64,000 bases of DNA from the NCBI GenBank assembly GCA_965223295.1, contig CBDCWC010000002.1, positions 1,696,001-1,760,000 of the forward strand, written 5' to 3'. Shown one piece after another: positions 51,286 through 60,901 of the stretch (position 1 is the first letter of the stretch; the number at the start of each line of letters is the position of its first letter). Source of the stretch: Nitrospirales bacterium (lineage in GTDB: Bacteria; Nitrospirota; Nitrospiria; Nitrospirales; UBA8639). The notes under the pieces were generated by a model. It saw nothing but the letters and a program-made list of their open reading frames with translations, made no database searches and was not told where the DNA came from. The translations under genes and the position numbers were made by a program.

Positions 51286-51900
51286 TTAAACAGACATACT
51301 TTTTTTGACAAATTCTAAATCGGCTGGAGTATTAATATTATAAAATGATTGACGAAGGGGATCGATATCGTCAAATAAGGTTTCATCCAAAATCTTTACG
51401 TTGAGGTCCAAGGAAGAAACTAATTGCTGAATCTTTAGATCACCTTTATCAATCATCTCTTCCATAAGGGGAAGACATTTTTTAGAATAACGAGCATGCA
51501 ACGGTTGTATGTTGTTTAAGAGTTTCACTACCACGACATCACTAACCGGTTCTGAGCATATACGAACAACATTTCCTCTAACCAGAAAAGGCATATCACA
51601 AGCCACGACAAAGACTAAAGAATGTTTCGCTTCTATTAGTCCAGTATACAACCCGCCCAGAGAACCTTTTTGAAGAATTTTGTCAGTTACTAAACGAACA
51701 GGAAGGTGAGCACAGTCATAGTCCTGTTTAGCCGTTACCACGAGTACCTCTTCAAACAGGCTGCTCATCACACGACACACGCGATCCAGAAACGGCTCTC
51801 CCTCCCAACGCAGTCGCCTTTTATCTTCACCCATTCGACGACTTTGTCCACCACCCAACACAACACCTGAAATGTTGGAAAACTTTTTGTCTATAGCCAT
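51286..51900 (-). CDS. mobA: Molybdenum cofactor guanylyltransferase
   Basis: VLGGGQSRRMGEDK, GSLGG, VACDMP, NINTPAD. Confidence 0.9.
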   Translation of the reverse strand: MAIDKKFSNISGVVLGGGQSRRMGEDKRRLRWEGEPFLDRVCRVMSSLFEEVLVVTAKQDYDCAHLPVRLVTDKILQKGSLGGLYTGLIEAKHSLVFVVACDMPFLVRGNVVRICSEPVSDVVVVKLLNNIQPLHARYSKKCLPLMEEMIDKGDLKIQQLVSSLDLNVKILDETLFDDIDPLRQSFYNINTPADLEFVKKSMSV

Positions 51901-51932
51901 AAAAAAAGGGGGTGGAACGTGGTCCCACCCCC
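51901..51932 (-). terminator. Rho-independent terminator ending the cytochrome/bd-like operon
   Basis: Minus strand GGGGGTGGGA-CCACG-TTCCACCCCC-TTTTTTT. Confidence 0.8.
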
Positions 51933-51976
51933 TCCTCTTTGGGTTGCTCGTGTGGCTCCTAGGCGGGGCCGACGAC

Positions 51977-53884
51977 TTAAGTCGTCCCTTGGGCTTTGCG
52001 ACGATTGGAGCGGCGAGTCAAAATCCACCCTTCAACAATGACCAAGCCCACGGCCGCTAGACCCGCATACCACTTAGCTTCGGCCGGGATCGGTGGCTCC
52101 AGCACTAGGTAATAGAACGCAGAGACCCCCATCTTCCGGCCCACATCCCCATTGTGCCCATCCCACACAAAGAAGTTAATGGGAATATATTTGCCTAACT
52201 CGATATAGGTGTCTTCTTCATAGTCGGCTTTGAGCGGCCGCTGAATAATGACTGTCCAGCGTCCATCCTTCCATTCGGCTTTCACCAGCTTTAATTGTTC
52301 GGTGAAGTCATCTCGTTCTTCAAGGTCCTGGTCCCAGCCTGTGCCCGTATAGGCCACCAGTTCCCCATCGGCCGTCCATTTGGCAATATCTACTGGAAAG
52401 CCCTCGTCACCCCAGAAATACCGTGGCTTTCTCGGTGCGGGCAGCTCTTGAAACTTGATGGGCATTTGAAAGGCCACCCCATCATTGAACACTTGATAGC
52501 TCGTTTGTTTGGCCGCAATCGACTCTGGATGAAACGGATCATCGTCAAACTTCGTGCCCCCGGGAGCTTGTTCCTCAATCCCATAATCTTCCAAGTTCAC
52601 TTCATAGGGATCCCAGTCCACGTCATCCTCTTGGATACTCTTCGACCGATCATCCCATCGAAACATCAGGGTCACATGCGTATCGTTGTACATCGATTGC
52701 ACCCAAATATCGTCAATGCGGTTGACGAAGTTACGGGGTTTATGGGTGATTTGCCCCCCCATGGCTACAATCCGCCGCCCTTCTTTTTCCCATCGTTCAT
52801 CATACCAGCGGGGGTCATGTTCATCCGTGGGGAGCTCCCCTTCGGCATACTTCGAGGGGATCACAAAGTTGACCTTAGGCTTGTCCGTTAAAGGGTCAAT
52901 GCCTCGGGGTTTGGCTGCCAGCAACGCGGCCGCAATTTCATCTGTGACCTTCCCTCCGGCAATATCGACATCGCTTTTCCGTTCACAGAGATGATTCACA
53001 TAGTTGGCAATATGCCAGCGGTCTTCGATGGTGGTATTGTCGGCAAACGACGGCATCGGGGTGCCATTGATGCCGGTCGAAAACGTGCGGAAGATATTGG
53101 TGACGTTGTAGGCATCTTGACGACTGCCCCGGAAGTTCCAGCATTTATGCCAATCGGCCGGTTGAATAGAGAAGCCCCAGTCATCTTTGAGGTTAAATGC
53201 GTTGCCATCGCCGCGCCCTTCCAAGCCATGACATTCGATACATTTATTCTCCACCACCAGTTCAGAGCCACGTTTGATGGACTCCGCGGAGGCCGGTACC
53301 TTGGCTTTGGCCAGTTTGTCGAGTTCCAAGATATGCAGTTCTTCGAACTCTTCATCCTGCCACGACCGGTCTTTGACCAGCTCCATCGTGACAAAGGCCA
53401 AAACATTCTTCATTTGTTTTTCGGTGAGGATCCCTTCCCACGAGGGCATAGCCGAGCCCGGCAGCCCATGGGTCACGGTTTTCAATAAATCCTCTTCAAT
53501 GAGCGGCAGTTCTCCGCTGGCCGTATGGCGGATTTTGAAGGTGCCGGCATTAAAGTTCCGCGGGCGCGGCCACAGCCGGTCGGCCCCCGGACCATCCCCG
53601 GAGCCATTGACGCCATGGCACCACACACATTTCGTGAAATAGACGCGTTTCCCGGCTTCAATTTCCTCGGCTGATGGCGGAGCCGGCAACGTGCCTGTGA
53701 CAAAGCCTTCGGCGTCTTGGGCGAACGCGGGGGCCGAGAAGCCCACTCCGATGGTGAAAAGGCCCAGCGCGAGCAGGCGGGCAGCCAACCCAGCTCGACT
53801 ATGGTGATCATGCGGCTGTCTGTTCATGCGATCCCTCGTAGTGTCAGTATGAGTAGTCAGTGTCTCGTTCATGTGCATCGTCAT
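51977..53884 (-). CDS. Diheme cytochrome c fused to EbdC-like domain with C-terminal TM anchor (alternative NxrC candidate)
   Basis: CVWCH, CIECH, WDD..DGVAFQMP..W.VIIQRPL..FFVWDG..GRK; start reassigned to ATG 53884 after GAGGAGG. Confidence 0.82.
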   Translation of the reverse strand: MTMHMNETLTTHTDTTRDRMNRQPHDHHSRAGLAARLLALGLFTIGVGFSAPAFAQDAEGFVTGTLPAPPSAEEIEAGKRVYFTKCVWCHGVNGSGDGPGADRLWPRPRNFNAGTFKIRHTASGELPLIEEDLLKTVTHGLPGSAMPSWEGILTEKQMKNVLAFVTMELVKDRSWQDEEFEELHILELDKLAKAKVPASAESIKRGSELVVENKCIECHGLEGRGDGNAFNLKDDWGFSIQPADWHKCWNFRGSRQDAYNVTNIFRTFSTGINGTPMPSFADNTTIEDRWHIANYVNHLCERKSDVDIAGGKVTDEIAAALLAAKPRGIDPLTDKPKVNFVIPSKYAEGELPTDEHDPRWYDERWEKEGRRIVAMGGQITHKPRNFVNRIDDIWVQSMYNDTHVTLMFRWDDRSKSIQEDDVDWDPYEVNLEDYGIEEQAPGGTKFDDDPFHPESIAAKQTSYQVFNDGVAFQMPIKFQELPAPRKPRYFWGDEGFPVDIAKWTADGELVAYTGTGWDQDLEERDDFTEQLKLVKAEWKDGRWTVIIQRPLKADYEEDTYIELGKYIPINFFVWDGHNGDVGRKMGVSAFYYLVLEPPIPAEAKWYAGLAAVGLVIVEGWILTRRSNRRKAQGTT

Positions 53885-53897
53885 CAGTGGCACCTCC

Positions 53898-54866
53898 TCA
53901 ATCCCAAGTCCGAGGATAATAGCCCGTGTGCCAATACTCAAACATGATGACTTTCCAAATTTCATCCACCGTGAGATGCTGCTCCCAGGGCGGCATCACC
54001 GAAGCCCAGGGGAAGCCTTCCCCTGGCAACCCAATGCCTCCTTTGGCTACCCGCCAGAACACAAACGTTTCTTGCAACTGGGCAATGGTGCCCGCATCGG
54101 TGAAGTTGGCGGGAATAGGGTTAAACGCATATGCCCACAGACCCCGGCCATTCAAATTATCGCCATGGCAGAAGTGGCAGTTTTGAAAAAAGATCTCCCC
54201 ACCTTCTCGCACATGCTTGATATAGCCCTTGGCATTGGGATCCCAGGGGTTGTCTTCAGGGCTGTTGACGTCTTTCATCAACCGCCCCATCGATTGTTCC
54301 ACAATATGCGCATTGGAGTAGGCGGGGTCATACTTGCCCGACGGATCAATCCGGTACGGCTGCTCCGCGGTTTGCAAGACATAGGTTTTGCCGTGCACTT
54401 TGGTGGTGGCCGGCGGCGCCGGATGCACCGTGCGCAACTCAATGGGCTCTTCGAAGCTGGGCAGCAGCGAGTTGTAGGCAAAAGCCCCTAACCCAATGGG
54501 GAGCAGCAATAATAGCGCGGTCCGGATGACTTTGGTGAAGATGTTATTGGCATCCAGCACACTAATGATGGGCCGTTTAAACTCTTCCCATTCTTCTTGC
54601 GAGCCCGACACCCACATGAAGATCCCGCAGGCGGAGACGGTACCATAAATGGCCCGGACACTGAACGGGATGGGCGGATAGATGCGGTACTTTAAGTAAA
54701 ACAAGTTGATGAAGCACCACACAAAGATCCCTGCCCAAAACTTCGGCAGGCCAACCCCGGCCCGCTTGAGCAGCCAATTACACAGCGAAAAGAACAGGAT
54801 GCAGATCGCCAGCTCCGAGATCATCTGCATCGGCATGTAGCCTTCTACTAATTTAAGCCAGGTCAT
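53898..54866 (-). CDS. Membrane-bound monoheme cytochrome c
   Basis: About 4 N-terminal TMs, CHFCH, distal SVMPPW. Confidence 0.85.
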   Translation of the reverse strand: MTWLKLVEGYMPMQMISELAICILFFSLCNWLLKRAGVGLPKFWAGIFVWCFINLFYLKYRIYPPIPFSVRAIYGTVSACGIFMWVSGSQEEWEEFKRPIISVLDANNIFTKVIRTALLLLLPIGLGAFAYNSLLPSFEEPIELRTVHPAPPATTKVHGKTYVLQTAEQPYRIDPSGKYDPAYSNAHIVEQSMGRLMKDVNSPEDNPWDPNAKGYIKHVREGGEIFFQNCHFCHGDNLNGRGLWAYAFNPIPANFTDAGTIAQLQETFVFWRVAKGGIGLPGEGFPWASVMPPWEQHLTVDEIWKVIMFEYWHTGYYPRTWD

Positions 54867-54912
54867 GCTTCTGTACTCCTATCTTCAGTTTAAAAGACCT
54901 TGTAAGAACTTA

Positions 54913-56229
54913 TTATTCTTTAGCAGGTAGTGGCTTGCCTTCTTCCAACTGGGCCAAATAATCCACAATTTTGCTGAGAGCACCACCAGTTAATTTCAAC
55001 CCAAAATCTTTTGGCATTTGGTTGTCAGGATAGTCAGCAACTACATAGGCACTTGGATCTAAAATTGATTCAGTAATATATTCTTTTGTCGTTTTAGCTT
55101 TTCCTGCATAACCAGCATCTTTCATTCTCTTAGGAGCATTACTTCCCTCCCATAACTCAGGACCAACCTTACCCGTTGCTCCTTCGATACCTGGAATGGT
55201 ATGGCAAGCGGGGCACCCAGCTCCCATAAATAGATCATCATGCGACTCAGTCCCATCAACCAACATGGCTCCTCCGGCTCCTCCGCCTTCTTCTTCATCC
55301 CCACCTTCTGCTGGACGGTCTGCCTCAGGAATGAACTTTTCGTAGGCCGCTTGTATTTCATCATAAGCTGGAGGCTCTGCGCCTTCCCTTGTAAACATCC
55401 AAGTATCAACTGCCGCTAACTCTCCAAGCGTTAGAGATATTGGTGGCTTGTGAATTTTAGGCATAGGGCTTTCCGTATCATTCGAACCCTTCACGCCAAA
55501 ACCAGGAACCACATAACAGTTCGGACAAGCATGAGATTCAGCAATGTATTCTAATCCATTTGTTGCCGTGCCCGACCCTTCAAACGCCTCTTTCTGAACT
55601 GAAGGTCTAGACGCCGGATCATTCATGTGATAGTTGGGTTCCTTCAATCTTTCAGAAGATCGCTCAGGAATTCCGAAAAGATTTGGAGCTCTCTCACTTA
55701 AGAAACCTTTTTGAAAACCATGGCATAACGGACACTGACCTTTTCCAATAGCTCCTTGAGTTTTGCTTTGCCCAATACCACCAAAAATAATCTTCTCCCC
55801 TTCGTCTCCCAACTGCTGCGGAGACATACTTTGGAAATCTAGCTTGACAACAGGAGGAGGAAACCCACCTTCCACTTGTGGAAGCCAATTGCCATAGCCT
55901 GACAAGGCCGCGGCCACGAAAAACATAAAACCACCGATTTTCATTAAGGCACTGATATTTAGGAAATACAACCCCATGATAAACGACATGGCCGTAATCA
56001 TGACCAATGATACCGGCAGCATGCCAGGGTTATTTTCAAAATTATGTGTATAATTTGAAATGGCGATCAACACCAAGAACATACACAATATCCCAATCAG
56101 CGTCTGAAATGATGCGCGCTTCTTCTGCGCCGGATCTTTAATGGTAGCCTGAAAGTAGACAAGGAGGCCAACTAACGCTAGCAAGATGGGCCATCCTAAA
56201 TCCCACGCTCTTCCGATTAAATCAACCAC
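54913..56229 (-). CDS. Membrane-bound diheme cytochrome c
   Basis: About 4 TMs, CPLCH, CPACH, two MPK distal-Met motifs; GTG start after GGAGG. Confidence 0.85.
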   Translation of the reverse strand: MVDLIGRAWDLGWPILLALVGLLVYFQATIKDPAQKKRASFQTLIGILCMFLVLIAISNYTHNFENNPGMLPVSLVMITAMSFIMGLYFLNISALMKIGGFMFFVAAALSGYGNWLPQVEGGFPPPVVKLDFQSMSPQQLGDEGEKIIFGGIGQSKTQGAIGKGQCPLCHGFQKGFLSERAPNLFGIPERSSERLKEPNYHMNDPASRPSVQKEAFEGSGTATNGLEYIAESHACPNCYVVPGFGVKGSNDTESPMPKIHKPPISLTLGELAAVDTWMFTREGAEPPAYDEIQAAYEKFIPEADRPAEGGDEEEGGGAGGAMLVDGTESHDDLFMGAGCPACHTIPGIEGATGKVGPELWEGSNAPKRMKDAGYAGKAKTTKEYITESILDPSAYVVADYPDNQMPKDFGLKLTGGALSKIVDYLAQLEEGKPLPAKE

Positions 56230-56292
56230 AATTCACTCCTCCACTTTGGCCTATCAAAATGGCCATATGGTTATTAGTTAATATACTTTTCT

Positions 56293-58299
56293 TTAATGGC
56301 CAGTCGCTGGTTGCGGTGACGCCCCACTTGGGATTTCATCGGTTACAGGACCTGTCACTTTTACCTTTTTCATCCCCAATGTCCCCAACCAGAAGACGAA
56401 CATAATACTAATCCAAAAGAACAGAACGTTAAATGAGATAACATTGGCCGCGAAACCAATAGTATGGGTATATGCCCATGGCGAATTGTCCCGCATCACT
56501 TCATTGACATGCCAGAACAGACGGACAGATGAACGAATGTACCCCATCAAACCCATCATCCACGTGAATGCTGTAGCCAACATAATAAGGGCGTATTGAG
56601 ATCGAGGCGGGATTTGTCCCCATCGAATTGGACCCAATTGTCTTCCACCCTTCAACATAGCCAAATTAAGAGGAGTCATGAGCAAGAGACAAGACAATGT
56701 TCCAGCCACCTGAGGCACCGACAAACCAATACGAACGTTTGCAGGAATGAAATATCCATAACATGCCAGCCAAATATTATTGAGCTGGGCAATGACAAAG
56801 AAACAGCCCATGAATATATTACCGAACTTTGCCCAACTCACCGTGGGCACTTTATTACCACGCTGATACCAAATAAAACTCAGAATTGTCGTCATAATAA
56901 TGGCATTAATTCCACCATTCTTGGCCGACATTACACCATAATTACCTAATACCGGATGCTGTTGACCACCCATGGCCTTCAATTCGGCTGGGGTCATCAC
57001 AATAGTATGCGGTGTGATAAAGACCAAAAGTCCACATACCAAAATAAACACCAGATATTTAATGTATCTTTGGAATCGTTCCCCACCAGTCATCCTACCT
57101 AGAGCCTGCCAGAGGTAGTAATTTGTTGTCAGGAAGAGAATTCCGATCATAGTAGCCTGAATAATGAACAACCAGGCTAACAGGCCTCCCATCAAGGTAA
57201 TGCCCATCTGCTGCCTATAGGCATAGACTTCTCGCATCAACCAATAACCTGCAAATGGCAGTGGAATAAGGAAGGCTACCCCCAAGCTCATTGCGATATA
57301 CCCCATCCAATCATAATGAGCTCGCTCTTCATCTGTTTTGGCAGACAAGAATCTATAAGCAGCATAGGCCGCAACCACACCACCACCAAAAGCCATGTTC
57401 CCAAGAATTCGATGAACGTTCAATGGGTTCCACAGAGCTGTATGCAACACATGCCATATATTGCCCAAGTAACGCCCTTGCTCATCTACACCGGCGGGAG
57501 ACATCATAAAGGCGATCCAAGAATTGGCCAGGAACATGAGGACTGTACCAATAACATTCAGGATGACAGACATGCTCAAGTGAACCCACTTCATCACGCC
57601 TTCCCGCATCTTATCCCAGCCATAGTAGTAGATATAAAGGGTTGCACTTTCTGCAACAAAGGTTAAGGCATAAATATGCATCACAGGCCGAAAGATACTG
57701 GATAGATACCCAAAAAAGGCTGGATAGAGAGTCAAAAACGTAAAGATGAGAATACCGCCGAGAATTGCGGTAAGAGAATATGCCGTCAGACTAATCTTGA
57801 TAAAGTCATAAGCCAACTGATCATACTTCTTGGCCATGGCCTTATCTTTACTAACCATACCTGCAAATTCGATACACATACAAAAAATGGGTACCGCCAG
57901 CACAAAGCTTCCATAATATAGATGCTGCTGATTGGCTACCCAGAGAAGTACCCTGCTTTCAAAATTGTACCGGGGATAAAATTCTTCGCTATCCGTTGTG
58001 ATAGGGGCAGGCATCCCAATAGCTGGCCCTTCAATCTTGTAGTACACATCCCGGCCCACTTCCACCTTCTCTTCTTCACCCTCTACACCTTCACCTGCTT
58101 CAGCAGCTGCAGCTGCTGCTGCTTTCCGCTGCTCTAAAACTTCAGCAGGCGGACCTCCGGCAGAGCCACCGCCACCACCGGCTAACGCCGTAACAGACAA
58201 TATTATGGGGAGTGTCAGAAATACTCCCGACACAAATAGTGCCGTGACAGCAAAAAACTTCTTCTTACCTCGGGTCAATGGAGTGAACAGGCGACCCAT
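56293..58299 (-). CDS. Cytochrome bd-like oxidase large subunit (CydA-related, extended)
   Basis: QQHLYYG, AES..LYIYYYGW, ANSW..MMSPAG, LNVHR, MGLMGYIRS..R..WHV; many TMs. Confidence 0.85.
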   Translation of the reverse strand: MGRLFTPLTRGKKKFFAVTALFVSGVFLTLPIILSVTALAGGGGGSAGGPPAEVLEQRKAAAAAAAEAGEGVEGEEEKVEVGRDVYYKIEGPAIGMPAPITTDSEEFYPRYNFESRVLLWVANQQHLYYGSFVLAVPIFCMCIEFAGMVSKDKAMAKKYDQLAYDFIKISLTAYSLTAILGGILIFTFLTLYPAFFGYLSSIFRPVMHIYALTFVAESATLYIYYYGWDKMREGVMKWVHLSMSVILNVIGTVLMFLANSWIAFMMSPAGVDEQGRYLGNIWHVLHTALWNPLNVHRILGNMAFGGGVVAAYAAYRFLSAKTDEERAHYDWMGYIAMSLGVAFLIPLPFAGYWLMREVYAYRQQMGITLMGGLLAWLFIIQATMIGILFLTTNYYLWQALGRMTGGERFQRYIKYLVFILVCGLLVFITPHTIVMTPAELKAMGGQQHPVLGNYGVMSAKNGGINAIIMTTILSFIWYQRGNKVPTVSWAKFGNIFMGCFFVIAQLNNIWLACYGYFIPANVRIGLSVPQVAGTLSCLLLMTPLNLAMLKGGRQLGPIRWGQIPPRSQYALIMLATAFTWMMGLMGYIRSSVRLFWHVNEVMRDNSPWAYTHTIGFAANVISFNVLFFWISIMFVFWLGTLGMKKVKVTGPVTDEIPSGASPQPATGH

Positions 58300-58401
58300 G
58301 GACCTACCTCCTTTGAAAACGTTTTGTGTGTATGACCAAATGTAATTCTATGAAATTGAAATTTCGCATCCACTTTCAGCAAACAATTTCTACTGCCCTG
58401 G

Positions 58402-58515
58402 CTACCTGAACATATAGAAATAATCCAACCCTTGAGCATCCATGAGGAGCCAATCCAAGAATTGAAAGTACCCAAAACAAATCAATAGGGAAACGATGAC
58501 GTAGACAACAGTCAT
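58402..58515 (-). CDS. Small single-TM protein, 37 aa (not in ORF track)
   Basis: MTVVYVIVSLLICFGYFQFLDWLLMDAQGLDYFYMFR*; RBS AAGGAGGAG. Confidence 0.72.
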   Translation of the reverse strand: MTVVYVIVSLLICFGYFQFLDWLLMDAQGLDYFYMFR

Positions 58516-58580
58516 GAGACTCCTCCTTCGCTTATAGAATTTTCACTCAATATTTCTTTATTGGAGAGAAACATATCAAA

Positions 58581-58712
58581 TTAGCAGGGACATTGAATTC
58601 CAGCAAACCAATAAAAAAACCACATACTAATTGCGCATGTGATGTAGAAAATTGCTTTACCAATTTTTGTTTCTAATACTGTCGGTTCTCTAACGGGTCC
58701 TGCTTCAGCCAT
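58581..58712 (-). CDS. Small single-TM protein, 43 aa, ending in CPC (not in ORF track)
   Basis: MAEAGPVREPTVLETKIGKAIFYITCAISMWFFYWFAGIQCPC*; RBS GAGGTG. Confidence 0.7.
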   Translation of the reverse strand: MAEAGPVREPTVLETKIGKAIFYITCAISMWFFYWFAGIQCPC

Positions 58713-58862
58713 TGTCTGCCACCTCGCTTAAATTATTTACGTTTTGACTATAGATAAGTTTACCTAAATTAATTTATTGACACATTCTGAAAATTCATGG
58801 TATTCCAAAACTTATTGATTCAAGAGGTACAACCTATGCGCAGCAATGCAAAAGTGTTCGAC

Positions 58863-58891
58863 ATTATAGTTTTGGCCGGAATGGTTGTCAA
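58863..58891 (-). promoter_or_regulatory. Perfect-consensus sigma70 promoter of the bd-like oxidase operon
   Basis: TTGACA (58891-58886), 17-nt spacer, TATAAT (58868-58863). Confidence 0.88.
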
Positions 58892-58911
58892 TATTCTGCT
58901 TGCCGTGTTTC

Positions 58912-59844
58912 TCATCCTCTACTACTTTGACTTTCTAGGATAACGTCCTGTAATTCAGAGGATACAGTTGAAGGATCCTTCGCTTGTTTTGACGTCGCGC
59001 AGCGGAACCCAATCGTTTCATCACGGAAGTCAGGAACAATAAAACTCCGGTTGGTAATTCGTAAATCTGTACCCCGACTGGTATACCCGCCTCCACGCAT
59101 CGTCTTATACGTTTCAACAGGTTGAGGACGCCGCACATCTGGCTTTAGCGCTCGACTATAAATGTCTTCAACGTACCAGTCATCCACCCACTCCATCACA
59201 TTTCCGGCCCCGTCGTACACGCCATACATACTTTGATCTTGTGAAAATGTTCCAACAGGAGAGGTCACTTCAAACCCATCTTCCTCTCCCTCAAAGTTGG
59301 CTGGAAATCCTTCGCGCCCCTCTCCCCATGGCCATGTTCGACCATCAGACCCACGGATGGCTTTTTCCCATTCCTTTTCCGTTGGAAGCCGTTTTCCTTT
59401 CCATTCACAGTATGCCGCAGCATCACTCCACGACACATACGTCACAGGTTGATTAGGACCGCGCAGCGCTTCTAGTTTTCTCGCATATCGTGAAGGAGGG
59501 CCAGGCTGACGATGCCCTGTGGCTTCCACAAACTCCATATAGTCTTGATAGGTCACTTCGTATCGATCGATCCAATAGGTATCCAATGTGGATACATGCT
59601 GGGGCTTTTCATTATACCCGCCGTGATCACTGCCAAGGATAAATTCCCCAGCCGGAATTTTGACCATCTCGTCATCTGCACGCTCAATGCTGATCGAAGT
59701 CAGTTCAGACTCTCTGGAGGACGAGGTAAACGGTGGGACGGGTTCGTCAATTGGAAGTGGCGGACCTTTTAAAATTCCCATAATTGGCAAGCTGCACATC
59801 ACCAACACCGCAATAAGAAAAATGACTTTAAAGCGAGTATCCAT
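58912..59844 (-). CDS. Membrane-anchored FGE/SUMF1-fold protein
   Basis: IPAGEF.LG, YEVT, PVTYVSW.DA..YC.W.GKRLPTE.EWEKA, GNVMEW, GFRC. Confidence 0.88.
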   Translation of the reverse strand: MDTRFKVIFLIAVLVMCSLPIMGILKGPPLPIDEPVPPFTSSSRESELTSISIERADDEMVKIPAGEFILGSDHGGYNEKPQHVSTLDTYWIDRYEVTYQDYMEFVEATGHRQPGPPSRYARKLEALRGPNQPVTYVSWSDAAAYCEWKGKRLPTEKEWEKAIRGSDGRTWPWGEGREGFPANFEGEEDGFEVTSPVGTFSQDQSMYGVYDGAGNVMEWVDDWYVEDIYSRALKPDVRRPQPVETYKTMRGGGYTSRGTDLRITNRSFIVPDFRDETIGFRCATSKQAKDPSTVSSELQDVILESQSSRG

Positions 59845-59919
59845 GAATGGGTCGGAGAAAATACTCTACAACTAATCCTCTATATTCTCTACCTTGACAG
59901 AGAAGCCAGACTTCTCCAT

Positions 59920-60837
59920 CTAGGTTGACGGCGTCTTATCCATAACAGGGTCCTTGGCACAACGAAAGCCAACCGTCGCATCAGTGCGCCACATCTTCGC
60001 TGAAAAGCGTTTGGTGACTCGGGCGCCTAACCGAGATTCACGCCATGACGCTCCACGAATCACTTTAAAGACATCATCCGTTTTGGGCCCTGGAGGATCA
60101 CGGTACGGGGCTTCTTGATAGTAATTGGCCGTATAGTCATCCGCCACCCATTCGGCAACATTCCCTGTGGCATCATAGAGACCGAAAGGGCTTCGACCGA
60201 CTTCAAACGATCCAACAGGCGCGAGATATTGAAAGCCATCATCCAAACCGTCTACATTCGCAAAACTATATTCAAATTTATTCCCCCAAGGATAACGACG
60301 CTTCCCTTCGCCCCTTGCCGCCTTCTCCCATTCAGCTTCGGTTGGTAATCGCTTGCCCGCCCAACGACAATAGGCAAACGCATCATTCCATGTTAATCCT
60401 ACGACTGGAAAATCTGGATTGATAAGTTTTTCGATCTTATCTTCGAATACCGGCACCTTAGGCTTTTCCCGCTTTGTCATCTTCACAAATTTTTCATAAT
60501 CCGCTTGAGTCACTTCCTTGAGATCCATATAAAAAGTTTGAAGATAGACCGGGTGGGGTGGCCCCTCGTCAGGGTCTCCATCATCAATACCCATCGTGAA
60601 TGGCCCTTCAGGAATTTCTATCATCTCTCGACCATCATCTCCAACCAGCGTTTTGTACATGGAAAAGTCTTGTGTCGGCATGGGCTGAAGCACACGAGCC
60701 TTAGCCGGTCGACGAGAAGAAAAGGCTTCTAACTCACGTTTACTCTTTGATGTCTCATAGACAAATAACACCATCATGCCAATAAACGAAGCAAAGACAA
60801 AGATAATCGAACCCATGAGAACTTTATTGTTATCCAT
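59920..60837 (-). CDS. Membrane-anchored FGE/SUMF1-fold protein
   Basis: IPEGPFTMG, RLPTEAEWEKAARG, GNVAEW, GFRC; N-terminal TM. Confidence 0.88.
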   Translation of the reverse strand: MDNNKVLMGSIIFVFASFIGMMVLFVYETSKSKRELEAFSSRRPAKARVLQPMPTQDFSMYKTLVGDDGREMIEIPEGPFTMGIDDGDPDEGPPHPVYLQTFYMDLKEVTQADYEKFVKMTKREKPKVPVFEDKIEKLINPDFPVVGLTWNDAFAYCRWAGKRLPTEAEWEKAARGEGKRRYPWGNKFEYSFANVDGLDDGFQYLAPVGSFEVGRSPFGLYDATGNVAEWVADDYTANYYQEAPYRDPPGPKTDDVFKVIRGASWRESRLGARVTKRFSAKMWRTDATVGFRCAKDPVMDKTPST

Positions 60838-60901
60838 GGACCAACCGTATGACCGTTTGGGATTTCCACATCATGAGGAAGACCTTACACATTTTTGGAA
60901 A

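Noticed and set aside
52295-54491. Long antisense ORFs (198, 165, 206 aa)
   Set aside because: Expected by-product of high GC3 in the sense genes; no motifs
58095-58185. GCT/GCA and GGT/GGC low-complexity runs
   Set aside because: Encode Ala and Gly linkers in the oxidase N-terminus
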